Below, one piece after another: positions 1 to 13,400 of a DNA stretch of 64,000 nucleotides. Within the stretch, counting starts at the first letter, position 1; each line of letters starts with the position of its first letter. The position numbers and the translations under genes are program-made. The notes below the pieces were generated by a model. It was given only the letters and a program-made list of their open reading frames with translations, did not search any database and was not told the origin of the DNA. Where the stretch lies: contig CM114271.1 of assembly GCA_050084515.1 (NCBI GenBank), positions 25,110,001 to 25,174,000 of the forward strand, given 5' to 3'. Origin of the DNA: Blasia pusilla (Eukaryota).

Positions 1-335
1 AGGCACAAGAGAGAAAATACTATCCAGAAAAATTGACGACTATCTGACCTCTCAAACAACTCAACAACATGCGGACGATAGACGACTTTCCAAGTTCCCT
101 TAAAATATTACAATTTCGAAGTCAACCACGAGAGGGAACAGATGTGTGACTGAAGCATGTCGAGAAATCTGTCACTTCGATTAGTGAGTCACCTTCAAAT
201 TCAGGAAGGAGAGATAGAGTAATGAACAAAGATAAAGGCAACTTATAGTTTCCAATCCCAAGGAATCGAAGAGTGGAAGCCGAGAGTGAAGATGAAGAGC
301 GATGGGAGAGGTGGGTCTTTGGAGGGAGAGAACCC

Positions 336-546
<211 letters not shown>

Positions 547-1324
547 ACTCACCGGGGTGTCAGATCAACAATGTGTATCAGGTTTCAAAGCAATGCCGTG
601 TTTGCACTAGAGTTAGCACCCTCGTATCCGAGCCTTCCTTCGTCAAAAAAATATTACCAATCTCCCAAAAACGCACCATATCATACTTTCTCCCCTAAAC
701 AAGCCTCCTTCCCCCTCGCATTGCCCGCCTCATCATCTTTCAACTTCCTTCCTCAATCGTCTCGCCCAGGAGCTTGCAAACGCTGGGAACCTCAATCGTC
801 TCGCCCAGTTAGGGTGAAGAGCTTGCAAACGCTGGAATGTGCAAAGCCTTCAAAACCTCGCCTTGTTAGTAGGGTGCAGGAGCTTGCAAACGCGGGAATG
901 TGCAAAGCCTTCAAAACCGAATCGCATCGCACCGAAAAAACAGAGCCAAAGCCTAGGTCCTTGCCACGACACACTCAACATGTCAAATAAGCCTACAACC
1001 CACCTTGATTGCCACGTTGGCATAAAAAAAAATGTGATACTCTAGGTGCCCATTCACATGGTGCTAAATTTTGTCCATTCTTTTAGCATCCATAAAAATT
1101 TGGTGGAGAGATGACCTAAAAATGTTGACCACATTGAGTTGGTTATAATTCCAAGTAGTAAATACCTACCCGTTTGCTTTGCTACATTAAGCATATGAAA
1201 AAAATTTACACAAAATCCAAACATGCGCATGCCCGTGATATAAGTAAGAAGGCCCAAATAAGTCTTGAAGATTAGAGGGATGGAGGTCACATCAAAAGAA
1301 AAACCCCGCAAGAAATCTCACTCG

Positions 1325-2990
1325 AGAAAAATGGAAGGAGCACTAGGAACATTACTTGTAAGTTACTCCTCTTCCACTTTCTTGTTCATTTGATGGTCCT
1401 TATCCTCCAAAACAAGCCCATAAATCATGAAACTTGATCACACCATGCCCTTCACGTTAGGACCCAAGGGGGAAAAAAAATAAAACCCCAAATGCTTCTT
1501 GGGGTTTGGGAGTTAAAAATCAAAACCCTTAGCTCAGGTCTTCATTTTTAATGCAGCATGGAGAATTCTATATAAGATCTACACCGTCCAAGTTCAAGAG
1601 GGGCATGACCATCCACAAATTTCCAGGTTTAAGCTCCATCCAACGGTGGCATCAAATGATGAGTGGCAACAAAGGTGAAAAATGGAAGGAGGACTAGGAA
1701 AAAGACTTGTAAGTCACTCCTCTTCCACTTTCTCCTTCATTTGATGTTCCTTCTCCTCCAAAACAAGCCCATAAATCATGAAACTTGATCACACCATGCC
1801 CTTCATGGTCAGGGCCCCAAGGAAAAAAATAAAACCCCCTCAACCAAGAGTCGAAAAAAAAAGAAACGGTTCCTAGATAGCCACCCAACCCCACGAACAC
1901 GAAGGGAAGAAGAAAAACTTCAAATGATCACTCACACATTGAATAAAAAATCGTAATCCCTAAATAAGGACTTTGATTTTTTGTACTAGCATAGAAGGCT
2001 ATGGGATAGATCCGAACCGTTGCAATTGTGGAGGCATTAAATAACAAGGCATGTGCCAACTTTCAAGACCATCCAATGGTTGGAAGAAGAGTCAACACCA
2101 TAATAACATGAAATTGCAACAAGGATTCGAAACAATCCTACTCAATGCCCTCTTCCCCCATCATGACAGTTCTTTTTCGACCCTTGCCCCTCAACGAGGG
2201 TTCCAAAAACCAAGGAAATTTTCCTACACCTAAATCCCAACCCCATGAACACAAGGCAAAAGAAAAAACTTCAAATGACCACTCACACATTGAATTAAAA
2301 ATCGTAAACCCTAAATAAGGACTTTGATTTTTGGTACTAGCATGGAAGTTTAAGGGACACATCTGAACCATTGAGCGTGTGGAAGAATTTAATGGCAAGG
2401 CTTGTGCCAAGTTTCACCACCATCCAATGGTTGGAAGAAGAGTAAACACTATAATAACATGAAATTGCAACAAGGACTTGAGACAATTCTACTCAATGCC
2501 ATCATCCACTTGCATGACACCTCTTTTTCTACCCTCCCCCCTCAACCAGGAGTCGAAAAAAAAAGAAAAGGTTCCTAGATAGCCACCCCAACCCCACGAA
2601 CACAGGGAAGAAGAAAAAACTTCAAATGATCACTCACACATTGAATAAAAAATCGTAATCCCTAAATAAGGACTTTGATTTTTGGTACTAGCATAGAGGG
2701 CTATGGGATAGATCCGAACCGTTGCAATTGTGGAGGCATTAAATAACAAGGCATGTGCCAACTTTCAAGACCATCCAATGGTTGGAAGAAGAGTCAACAC
2801 CATAATAACATGAAATTGCAACAAGGATTGAAACAATCCTACTTAATGCCCTCCTCCCCATCATGACACCTCTTTTTCGACCCTCCCACCTCAACGAGGG
2901 GTCCAGAATGAGAGAATTAATGCAAAGTCTTGTGCTTACTTTTATCACCATTTTATGGTTGGATGAAAATATATCTCCATGTTAACATGA
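1325..2990. repeat. Degenerate ~350-bp tandem repeat, probably internal/subterminal to the CACTA element ending at 3269
   Basis: AAAAATGGAAGGAG...AAACTTGATCACACCATGCCC recurs at ~1327 and ~1677. The AAACTTCAAATGA..CACTCACACATTGAA block recurs in units starting ~1841, ~2192 and ~2543. Confidence 0.8.
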
Positions 2991-3039
2991 AAATGACACA
3001 AGGACTCTGAATAATCCTACTCAAAATGGGAGCATGAAA

Positions 3040-3269
3040 TCATTTAAACATATGAGTCGTTCTTTATGACTCATCTTTACTAGGCGAGTGAAACAAGTCT
3101 GACTCGTAGTGACTAGTGGGTATTGAAAACTTCTTTAGTCATAAGGAGATGACTCAATGAGTTGTACGACCCTAAATTTTATGACTAAACCATTTAAGTA
3201 CTAATTTGAGTCATTCTTTTGGTGAGTCATTTAAAGTCTAGTCATAAAAACCACCCATTTCTTCTAGTG
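3040..3269 (+). mobile_element. Right terminus of a CACTA (En/Spm) transposon
   Basis: Ends TTTCTTCTAGTG (reverse complement CACTAGAAGAAA) after clustered GACTCA/TGAGTC subterminal motifs. The same terminus occurs at 41019. It truncates the repeat that continues further left at 8368. Confidence 0.7.
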
Positions 3270-4490
3270 TATACTGCCGAGGAAGGTGGTGGGACTCGAG
3301 ATAGGTTACATGGGACCGTTATGGTGTACCTAGGGGGGGGCCAAGGCTCTCGAATTCGCCCAACATTTTCGATCCCTGTCTACAATCGGCCAGAGGAGCC
3401 ACTTGAATCCCAAGACATTCCTTTGGTACTGTCACCGAGGAGAGTTAGGAGTAAATTTGTAGATAACGAGGCTGAAGAAATCATAGACTAGGTGAAATGT
3501 ATATTTCCGAGGTTCCTTCGGAGGTAATAAAAATGAGATTTTTTCAACCCATAATGGTTTGTAAAAGTTTGCTGGAATATGTTTTTGGACTTGTGGATTG
3601 TGTTCTTTTAGCTACTCAGAATTACAATTCTGCAACCCGTATGATTCCGACGGGTTGCAACTTTTGCTTTATTCGCAACTTTTTAACATTTCAGGCAACC
3701 TGTCGGATTCGGCAGTTGATCGCTTGAGTGATCGGACTCTATCCTGTGAGACCAACCGACGCATTGTGGCGGGCTTCTTGACTTTTGCCGTTCCCTTCAT
3801 TCGTCCAACCAGTTCTAGGCTTGTTTTCTTGTCTAAGATGTGCAGGATTCCTACTACCTGTCGGATTGCCATTTCGGATTCCCAACCCGTTAGATCGTCG
3901 TGGGTTCAGGGTGGAAGAAAATCACTTCTAAAAATCTTTTCCTTTCTTATGGTGAGCTTTCTTACTGGTTGGGAGGGGTGCAGCTTCTCAGTTTCTCAGC
4001 CTTAGGATCTGATTTGTTCACATTTCAGAAAGTTGGTCTTGAGCAGACACCATTCATAACCGACAGAAAGTTGGTTATGGGGCAATTTAGGGGAGGCCAT
4101 GATGCAAGCAACAATCCTTGCAAAAAGAGAGGTTCCCATCCGGGTGGTCCTCCAACAAAAATACCAAGGGCACTGCTTTTTGTTGACAGAGACAGGGAAT
4201 GTTAAGAAACTTAGGCTCACATGGAGAGTGATGGAAAAATGTTTAGGGTGGTCTTATGATAACTCATTTTTTCTCGCCCCCAGGAAAGAGGAGGTTTTTT
4301 TAGGGCCAAATGTGGACCACTAAATACTCTCTTCTAAAGATTTCCTGAATTTTAAAGCAAAAAAAATTTTCAAATATGTCAAAAAGTTTTGAAGAGAGGA
4401 GGCGGATTTGGCCTTTTTTTTTAAGAGAGACTCTCCTCTCTTCCTCTCTTCCTCTCCTCTCTTACTCTCTCTTGTCAGAATACCAGCCCC
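3270..4490 (+). mobile_element. Terminal segment of the Mutator-like element: last codons of the ParB-MTase gene, 3' region and putative TIR
   Basis: Direct repeat of 8368-9597. Encodes PTFSIPVYNRPEEPL...EAEEIID*, the C-terminus of the minus-strand gene at ~10468-10600. Ends CTCTCTTCCTCTCTTCCTCTCCTCT...GAATACCAGCCCC. Confidence 0.6.
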
Positions 4491-4774
4491 CCACGGGTTG
4501 CTTTGGGGAAAAAACCTTCTAAACCTGCAGTCACTCGAGCAACTCGTCGGAGTCCGACGGGTTGCATTCTTAAAAGAACACCCTCACAAGGCGGCCTATC
4601 GAGCAACCCGTCGGACTCCGACAGTTTGCTTACCAGGCATTAGCAAATCTGAATGCAATCCGTCGGACTCCGACGGGTTGCATCATTAAGCTCGTTGCTA
4701 GAATCCGACCTTGAGCTGTGACGACCCGTCAGAGTCCGACGGGTTGCAAAAACCCATGTAATTTCCTGACGAGT

Positions 4775-7700
4775 TGAGTTTGGATGTGCAAGATTGTATC
4801 CGAGGGGAATGTCGCCCACCACTGGATCCAGGACTGCGATCGGGTGAGAAAGGTGCTTACGACGCACCCGGGAGAGTACAGGGGGTTCTTGGGCGATGCC
4901 CTCGTCAATCAGATGCTTGCAAAGGATGCTCAGATTAAGAAGAAAACTTGGGCAAACAAGTTTATTTCTCAAGATGCAGCCGTAACCATCCTTTGCTGGT
5001 CAAAGATTTAGGCCCAAGAAAAGCGCCGCACTAGAGCCGAGCGGAGGGAGAAGGTATCTGCGCCTCGAGCGCAAAATTCATCAAGCCGCAGATTCGCTGC
5101 AACGAAATACACGGCGAGCAAGATGCAGCGATACATCAACATTCTCAACCCGAACTTCGTCCGGAGTTCTACAAGGAGTCAAGGCTATTATCAAGCACCA
5201 AATGAAGAGGGATGAAGATCCGCATGGTCGGATTGGGAGAAAGTGTCGCGATCGCGTGCACGGGTTTGCGTTGTCCGGGATAAGCGAAGTTCAGGAGGAT
5301 ACGATCGATGAAAATCAGTCTCGAGGGCTCGAGGAGGCCAGAAGAGGGCGCACACCATCCTCCGGTGTGTCCGATCCGGTGATCTTGCATTGGCTACGCG
5401 AATGGTCATTCTGGGACGCGTTGCTGGTAATCGGGAAGTCCGTGCTGGACGGTCTGCAAGCGGAGCTCAGAAGATTGGAGCCCATTCCGCCGGAAGCAAA
5501 CCTTGAAAGTTCTGGAGATTATGAGGTTTGGCTGGACGACATCCGGGACAAGCCAACAAAAAACCCAGGATTCAAGACCATGTTCAAGGTTTGCGTCCTC
5601 CCTCAGACAGAGCTTGACAAAGAAGTAGAGGGGAACAAACGGGATCAAGCGAAGAAGAAGCGAGATCTACAAGAGCAGACGGCCGATAATGTTCGATTAA
5701 AAGCTGACCAACGGATGGTCTTCACGTACCTCGTCCAGTGTAAGAACGCAGGTATGTGGGGAAAATTACCGGTAGCCTTGAAGTTGTGGGCTTCGCCGCC
5801 GGATGCAGAGACATTCTCCATGTACGACGTGGAGATGGGGCAGCACATGTCCGATTGGGAGGTGGAGAATTGCCCCATTTGGCTCGACTTCAACGACCCT
5901 GAAGACATCACGGATAAGGACTTACGAGTGCTTCATGATGCAGTGGCCTCAGGACAAGACGACATCCCCAATTTCGTCCAGCCTGAAGACTTCTTCGGAG
6001 GAGATGTAGAAGAGCAAGCCCACGAGACAGCTGAGTTGGGTTCCAAGGTCTGGACAGCCAAAGACAAATCCATAGCGGGTCTCAAAGGCACGGCGAGGGG
6101 AGGGAAAAATTCAGAGGCCGAGTCTTCCCAAAGAGAGGCTGAAGATTCAAAGCCAGAGGCAGAATCGTCCAGACGAGCGGGGAGAGAGGGTCGGACCAGG
6201 TCCTCGGCGAAAAAAACGCCACTAGAATCTGAGGTCATAGAAACCCCGACAAGCCATCCCCAGACTAGGGAGAAGCGGAAGCGAGAGGTGCCCGAGTTGT
6301 CCCAAGGAGAATACAACCCATCGTCCTTGGGAAGACACAGACAAAAAATGACCCGGACAAGCGTCCTCTTTCAGTTCACTCCTTTACTGGATGAGCTGAA
6401 GAGCTTCAGTTCTTAAGCGTCGACACCAGCCATCGAAAAATTGACAACGCTGGGACGGAAGCTCCAACGAAACGAGCATGCTGCCTGGACGGTGAATGGA
6501 GTGGTGGAAGAGGTTGCGGTGGATCTCTTGATCGCCAATCTGCCCTCGGGGTTGCGACTTTGGGGCGAGAATCCGTCGGACGAGGTACTTGAGTGGAATG
6601 TGCCGCTCACTTATGACCAGATTGCACTTTTGTTCTCCTTTGCAGACGACTATCTGAGTGACTGGGGCTGCTTCTTGGTGTTGACTGGAGGGAGCGAGAA
6701 CGAGCTCTTCAACCTCTAGTGCGTCAAGAGGTCGCTAAAGTGGAGGACGTCACAATCGTGGATCATCAAAATCGAGTACCCACTCCGATCCGCGACGAGT
6801 TAGATTCGGGTAAGGCTCAATTCCTTTACAATAATTTCAATTATCTTATAATGATGTGTAGAATGAGAGTCAATCTGGGCTTTTTTTGTCGGTGAGCAAT
6901 CCGTTGGAAGGCGACGGGTTGCTGGCTTAGAGCGGGTTGCTGGCTTAGAGCAGCCCATGCTTGGCTGAGAGCAACCCATCGGTTTCCGACGGGTTGCATC
7001 TTTCCCACATACACCCGGAAAACCGCGGTGTTCCTGCAACCCGACGGGTTGCAGGAGGCGACGGGTTGCTCTCAGGCGAGCATGGGCTGCTCTAGGCCAA
7101 CAACCCGTCGCCTTATGAAGGGTTGCATCCAAAAACCAAAATCAACTGGGAAAACCCAAAAGCAACTGCAACCCGTCGGGTTCCGACGGGTTGGTCCGGG
7201 ACAAAACAACCCGTCGGACTCCGATAGGTTGATCCAAAGTCAGTTATTGAAAATCTTCTCAAGGCGACTTCTTTAGTTTTCGACATTGTTTCCAACGTCT
7301 TTGATTCTGAGATGGACCACTCCTACGCTCTCGCTTTGTTCGCCCGAGCACAATTTCAGGTGTTCAAGATCCAGGATCCTGTGGATCCATGCTCGATGGG
7401 TACTGACTTAGATAGTTTGTACAATTCCCCGGAATTTACATGCAAGACAAGACCCCACTACGGGAGGAAGGAAAAGTCGCCACCGATGCAACGCTCATCG
7501 AGCTCTGCTCAAGGCCGGGTGACTTGGTGTTCGACTTAGTGGGACTTTCAAAGGGGCAAGTATCAAAGGCGCTGGCAGAGTGGCAGGAACATTCTCGCCT
7601 CGAGGGAAGGCAGAATCGCTTTGACCTTTGCAAGGAGGCAAAGGCGAATACGAAAGGCTCGTTGGGGCATACAACTCTCCACGGCCGAGAGCTCCGGTTC

Positions 7701-7889
7701 CGAGCCACCCTTGGTAGTGACTCCATGGTCACTTCCAACGATTCCCAAAATCGGGAGGGCAAGGCCGAAAGTGATTTTGCAAGAGCTCTTGACGATGATG
7801 AGTGAGTTCAAAGAACTCAACGACCAGCTTGACTGCAGCGTTTGGAGTAGGGAGTTTTTGATAATGAGGCAAAAGATTTCATAGAATAG
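4775..7889 (+). pseudogene. 5'-truncated copy of the ParB-like/beta-class amino-DNA-methyltransferase gene
   Basis: ORFs 4784-5011, 5202-6416 and 6441-6719, then intron 6810-7311 (GTAAG...AG), then exon to TAG at 7887-7889. Motif IV VDLLIANLPSG (6519-6551), LSDWGCFLV, HSYALALFAR, and motif X-I KEKSP..LIELCSRPGDLVFD (7468-7535) followed by ASIK..SGRNILA.E across frameshifts. Confidence 0.7.
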
Positions 7890-8299
7890 ATCAAATGTAC
7901 AGATTCCGAGCTTTTTCGGATGATATAAAGCGTAAGATTTTTTCGATCGATGGTGCTTGTAAATGTTTGCTGATCATTTTTCTTTTCGAATGTTCGAATG
8001 TGACTTCTACTTTGCAATCGGATTTCTCCACGGACTTGCAACTTTCACTTTATGACCATTGCAACCCGTCGGATTTCTCCTCCTTGCAACTTTTCGCTTT
8101 TTGACCATCGCACCCTTTTACCACCTCCGGCAACCTGTCTGATTCCGACAGTTGCCCGATCGGACCCTTTCCTGTTGGTCCAACTTAAGAGGTCGTCTGG
8201 CGGGCTTCTTCCTTGGCACCTTCCCCTCAACTCGTAAAGGCGGCGAGGCTTTTTCTTCTCTCAGACGTGTTGGATTCCTTCTACCCAGGCGGTTGCCAT

Positions 8300-9597
8300 A
8301 ATGGTATTACCAGGGGACGGAGCAGATATTGATCTTTGGATGGGTGTCACATTGAGAGCGTACAAGGTATACTGCCGAGGAAGGCGGTGGGACTCGAGAC
8401 AGGTTACATGGGACCGTTATGGTGTACCTAGGGGGGGCCAAGGCTCTCAAATTCGCCCAACATTTTCGATCCCCGTCTACAATCGGCCAGAGGAGCCACT
8501 TGAATCCCATGACATTCCTTTGGTACTATCACCGAGGAGAGTTAGGAGTAAATTTGTAGATGACGAGGCTGAAGAAATCATAGACTAGGTGAAATGTACA
8601 TTTCCGAGGTTCCTTTGGAGGTAATAAAGGACGATATTTTTTCAACCCATAATGGTGTTTGTAAAGTCTTGCTGGAATATGTTTTTGGACTTGTGGATTG
8701 TGTTCTTTTAGCTACTCAGAATTACAATTCTGCAACCCGTAGATTCCGACTTTTTACTTTTTGCCCAGTGCAACTTTTTAACCATTTCCAGGCAACCTGT
8801 CGGATTCCGACAGGTTGAGTGCTTGAGTGATCCAACTCTATCCCGGTGAGACCAACTTCTGACGCATTGTGGCGGGCTTCTTGACTTTTGGCTCGTTCCC
8901 CTTCATTCGTCCAACCAGTTGTAGGCTTCTTTTCTTGTCTAAGATGTGCAGGATTCCTACTACCTGTCGGATTGCCATTTCGGATTCCCAACCCTTTAGA
9001 TCGTCGTGGGTGCAGGGTGGAAGAAAATCACTTCTGAAAATATTTCCTTTCTTATGGTGAGCTTTCTTACGGGTTGGGAGGGGTGCAGCTTCTCGGTTTC
9101 TCAGCATAAGGATCTGATTTGTTCATATTTCAGAAAGTTGGTCTTGAGCAGACACCATTCTTAACCGACATAAAGTTGGTTATGGGGCAATTCAGGGGAG
9201 GCCATGATGCAGGCAACAATCCCTGCAAAAAGAGAGGTACCCATCCGGGTGGTCCTCCAACAAAAATACCAAGGGCACTGCTTTTTGTTGACTGAGACAC
9301 GCAATGTGAAGAAACTTAGGCTCACATGGATAGTGATGGAAAAATGTTTGTAGTGGTCTTATGATGTCTACTTGTTTTTCGCCCCCTGGAAAAAGGAGGT
9401 GTCTTTAGGCCCGAATGTGGACCACTACCTACTCTCTTCTAAAGATTTCATGAATTTGAAAGTAAACAAAAATTTCAAATATGTCAAAAAGTTTTGAAGA
9501 GAGGAGGCGGATTTGGCCCTTTTTTTTGAAGAGAGACTCTCCTCTCTTCCTCTCTTCCTCTCCTCTCTTACTCTCTCCTGCCAGAATACCAGCGCCC
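8300..9597 (+). mobile_element. Second terminal segment of the Mutator-like element
   Basis: 8368-9597 repeats 3270-4490. Ends with the same CT-rich block and GAATACCAGCGCCC. Confidence 0.6.
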
Positions 9598-10467
9598 GAA
9601 TGGGTGCATTAAGTATACCATGGACTGTTGTGCGTTTGATAACTTGGTTTCATCATTCTCTCACCCATTGAGAAATGTATGCATCAAGAAGAAAATGTGA
9701 TCAGACTGAAATGACAATTGAACCAAAAGGTTGATAGTTGTGAGGAGTAAAGAGGAACTAATGCACCCATGTCCCTTCATTCAGACCCTAAATGTCGGAA
9801 ACCCATAGGTTGCACCCCTTGCAAGCAAGCACACCACAACAAAAGAATGATCTTGACAAGTGATTCTATTGCGCCCTGCACCCCATGAGAATCCAACATG
9901 AGAATCTGACAAGTAGTAGGAATCCAACACATCTCTCAAATACCGTGTTAGAGAATAACGGTGTGAAGATAATGGGGGAACAAGGAAAAAGTGAAGAAGC
10001 CTGCCATAATGCCTAAAAAGTTGGACTAACAAGAAAAGAGTGGGATCACTCAAGCAGCCAACCTGTCGGAATCCGACGGGTTGCCTGAAAGGAGTTAAAA
10101 AATATTGTGACAAGTTGCAACCCGTCGGAATCCGACGGATTGCAAAATAAATAGCCTCGAGTAGATAGACCAACACAATCGACGAGAACGAAAAAAAATT
10201 CAGCAAAATTTTACAAAAAGAGTGGGATCACTCAAGCAGCCAACCTGTTGAAATCTGACAGGTTGCGTGGAAAAAGTTTAAAATATTGTGACAAGTTGCA
10301 AGCCGTCGGAATCCAACTAGTTGCAAAATAAAAAACCTCGAGTAGATAGACCAACACAATCGACAAGAACGAAAAACAATTCAGCAAATGTTTAGAAAAA
10401 CCATCATGGTTCAAAAACTTTTTGTCCTTTATTACATCCGAGGGAAGCTCGGAAATGTACATTTGAT

Positions 10468-13400
10468 CTAGACAATGATTTCTTCAGCCTCGTCATCTAC
10501 AAATTTACTCCTAACTCTCCTAGGTTCCTGTACAAAAGAAATGTCTTGGGATACAAGTGGCTCGTCTGGCCGATTGTAGATGGGGATCGTAAATGTTGGG
10601 GAATCAAGGAAGGTGACTTCTCCCTTCCTCCAATTAAGGGGAGAATTTTAGAGACTATCTAAGCTGTACCCATCGGAGCATGGATCCACTGGATCTGGGA
10701 TCTTGAACACCTGGAAGTTGTGCTCGGGCCTTACAAAGCAATAGACAAATGAGTGGTCCATCTGTAAACAAGAAGGTGGAAAATAATGTCAGCAAAAAGA
10801 AAAAGCTAGTAGACGTCGGGATCCGACGGGTTGCTCATTTGGCTAGGCACAGGAGCAAATGCAACATATCTGAGTCTGACAGGTTGCTTTTCAACCTGTC
10901 ATACTAGTCCATAGTGATAACCAACCTGTCCGAACTTGGCCTATAGGCCTGACAAAACAGCAACCTGTCAAAATTCGACGGGTTGGCCATGAGCAACCCG
11001 TCGGAAGCCGACAGGTTGCTCATCTTGTTGGATAGAACCTCCACCTGTTGGAGTCCGATGGTTGGCTTTCAAATTGAATACAATTGTTTAGAGTTGAGAA
11101 CTTCCGAATATGAGAGCCACCCATCGCTTTCAGACGGGTTGCATCACTCTAGAAGCATATGGAAAAGCAGTGCTACTTGCAACCCGATGGGTTCCGACGA
11201 GTTGCAGTCAATTGAGACTTGTTGGTGAATTTGCAACCCGTCGCTTTTAGATGGATTGCAACATCGCAGACACAAGCTGTTGGGATCCAACTGGTTGCAT
11301 GCAGAGATGTAACCCGTCGGAGTCCAACGGGTTGAATTTCTATTCAAACTCAATTCGTTGAAAAAGAGGACTTACCCGGACTTGAGTCGTCGCCGATTTG
11401 AGTGGATACTCATTTTTAATGACCCATGATTGCGTCGTCCTCCACTTCAGCAACCTCTTCACGCACTGAAGGTTGAAGAGCTCGTCTTTGCTCCCCTCCA
11501 GTCAGGACCAAGAAACAACCCTTGTCACTCATATACGCGTCGGCAAAAGAAAACAACAACGCGATTTGGTCGTACGAAAGCGGAACATTCCACTCTGGGA
11601 CAGTGTCAGATGGATTGTTATCCCACAAGCAAAACCCAAAAGGCAAATCCGCAATGAGGAGGTCCACTGCCACCTCCTCAACAACCCCATGCACCATCCA
11701 GGGGGCCTGCCCGTTTTGTAGGAGTTTTCGTCCCAACACGGTCAATTTGTCGATGGCAGTTGTCGACTCTTGAGAATTGAAACTCTATAGCTCATCGACA
11801 AGATGAGTCAAGTGAATAAGGACATTTGTTCTGGTGGCTCTATCCCTACGCGAGCCCAAGGAAGATTGAGTGTATTCCACATCCTTATCTCCTCCCTTGG
11901 ACGAACCAAACGCCTCCCGCTTTCGCTTCTCCCGAGTCTGCTGTCGGCTTGTGGGAGTCTCTATTACCTCAGACTCACAAGAGTTTTCTTGCATGAGGAC
12001 CTGGTCCGGCCCTCTCGCCCCGCTCGCCTGGACGATTCCGCCTCTCGCCTTGAGGACTCAGCCTCTTTTTTGGAAGACTCCGCCTCGGAATTCCTCAATC
12101 CCCTCGCCTTGGCTTTCAAACCCGTTATGGATTTTTCTTTAGCGGTGACGACCTTTGCCACCAACTCCACTGTCTTGAGGGCTTGCTCCTCTGCATCTCC
12201 TCCGAAAACATCGTCAGGCTTCACGAAGTTTGGAATGTTGTCCCTACCTGCAGCCATTGCATCATACACCACGCGTAGATTTTGTAATGTCCTCAGGGTC
12301 GTTGAAGTCCAACCAGATTGGACAATTGATAGCCTCCCAGTCGAACATGCCCTGTCCCATCTCCATGTCGTACATGGAGAATCCCTCTCCATCAGGCGGA
12401 GAAGCCCACAATTTGCAAGCTGCCGGTAATTTTTGCCAAGTACCTGCATTCATACAATTGATGAGGTACCTGTAAACCATCCGCTGGGCAGATCTTTATC
12501 AAGATGACTCGGCCGTCTCGTCTTGAAGATCTCGCTTCTTCTTTGCAAAATCCCATTTTTTGGCGTCTATTTCCTCATCCATATCTGCTTGAGGGAGAAT
12601 GTGATTCTTGAACATCATCTTGAATCCTGGGTTTTTCGTGGCTTTATATCTGATGCCATCAAGCCATAGTTCAAAATCTTCTATAGCCTCTAGGTTTGCT
12701 TTCTTTGGAACTGGCTCAATCTTCTTCAGCTCCGCTTGTAGATCCACGATCATGGACTTCCCGAGAAGGCGCAACGAATCCCAGAATGACCATTCCCCTA
12801 GCGAATGGGAGATCATTGGATCTGAAACTCCCGGAGGATGGTGTGCCGCCCGCTTTTGGGCCCGAGTGCCCTGAGACTGATTTTCATCAGTTGAATTTGC
12901 CTAAACTCGGATATCCCAGACAACGCAAACCGGTGGATGCCGTCTTGAGACAGCTTCTATCCGATCCGACCCTGTGGATCTTCGTCTCTCTTCCGCTCCC
13001 GCTTGATTATCGCCTTGAGCTCCTTGTAAAACTCCGGGCCAAGTTCAAGGTTGAGAATCGTAATGTAACGCTGCATCTTGCTTGCAATGTACTTTGTAGC
13101 TGCACATACGGCAGCCTGAATAAACTTTGCACGTTCCGACGTTGACACGTTCTCCCTTCACTCCAGTTCCAACGAAGCACTCTTCTTGGCGGCTTGGATC
13201 TTGGACCAACATAGGATTGTGACGGCTGCATCTTTTGGGAAATAAAGGTATTTGCCCGGGTCTTCTTTTTTATTTGAGCTCCCTTTGCCAGCATCTCATT
13301 TATCAGATTGTCGCCCAGGAATCCCTTGTACTCTTCCGGGTGCGTCGTAAGCACCTTCTTCACCCTGTCGCAATCTTGGATCCAGTGGTGGGTGATGTTC

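Noticed and set aside
3270-9597. 1.2-kb direct repeats as the LTRs of a retroelement
   Set aside because: No TG...CA ends, PBS, PPT or TSD. The repeat contains the MTase gene tail and the putative MULE terminus.
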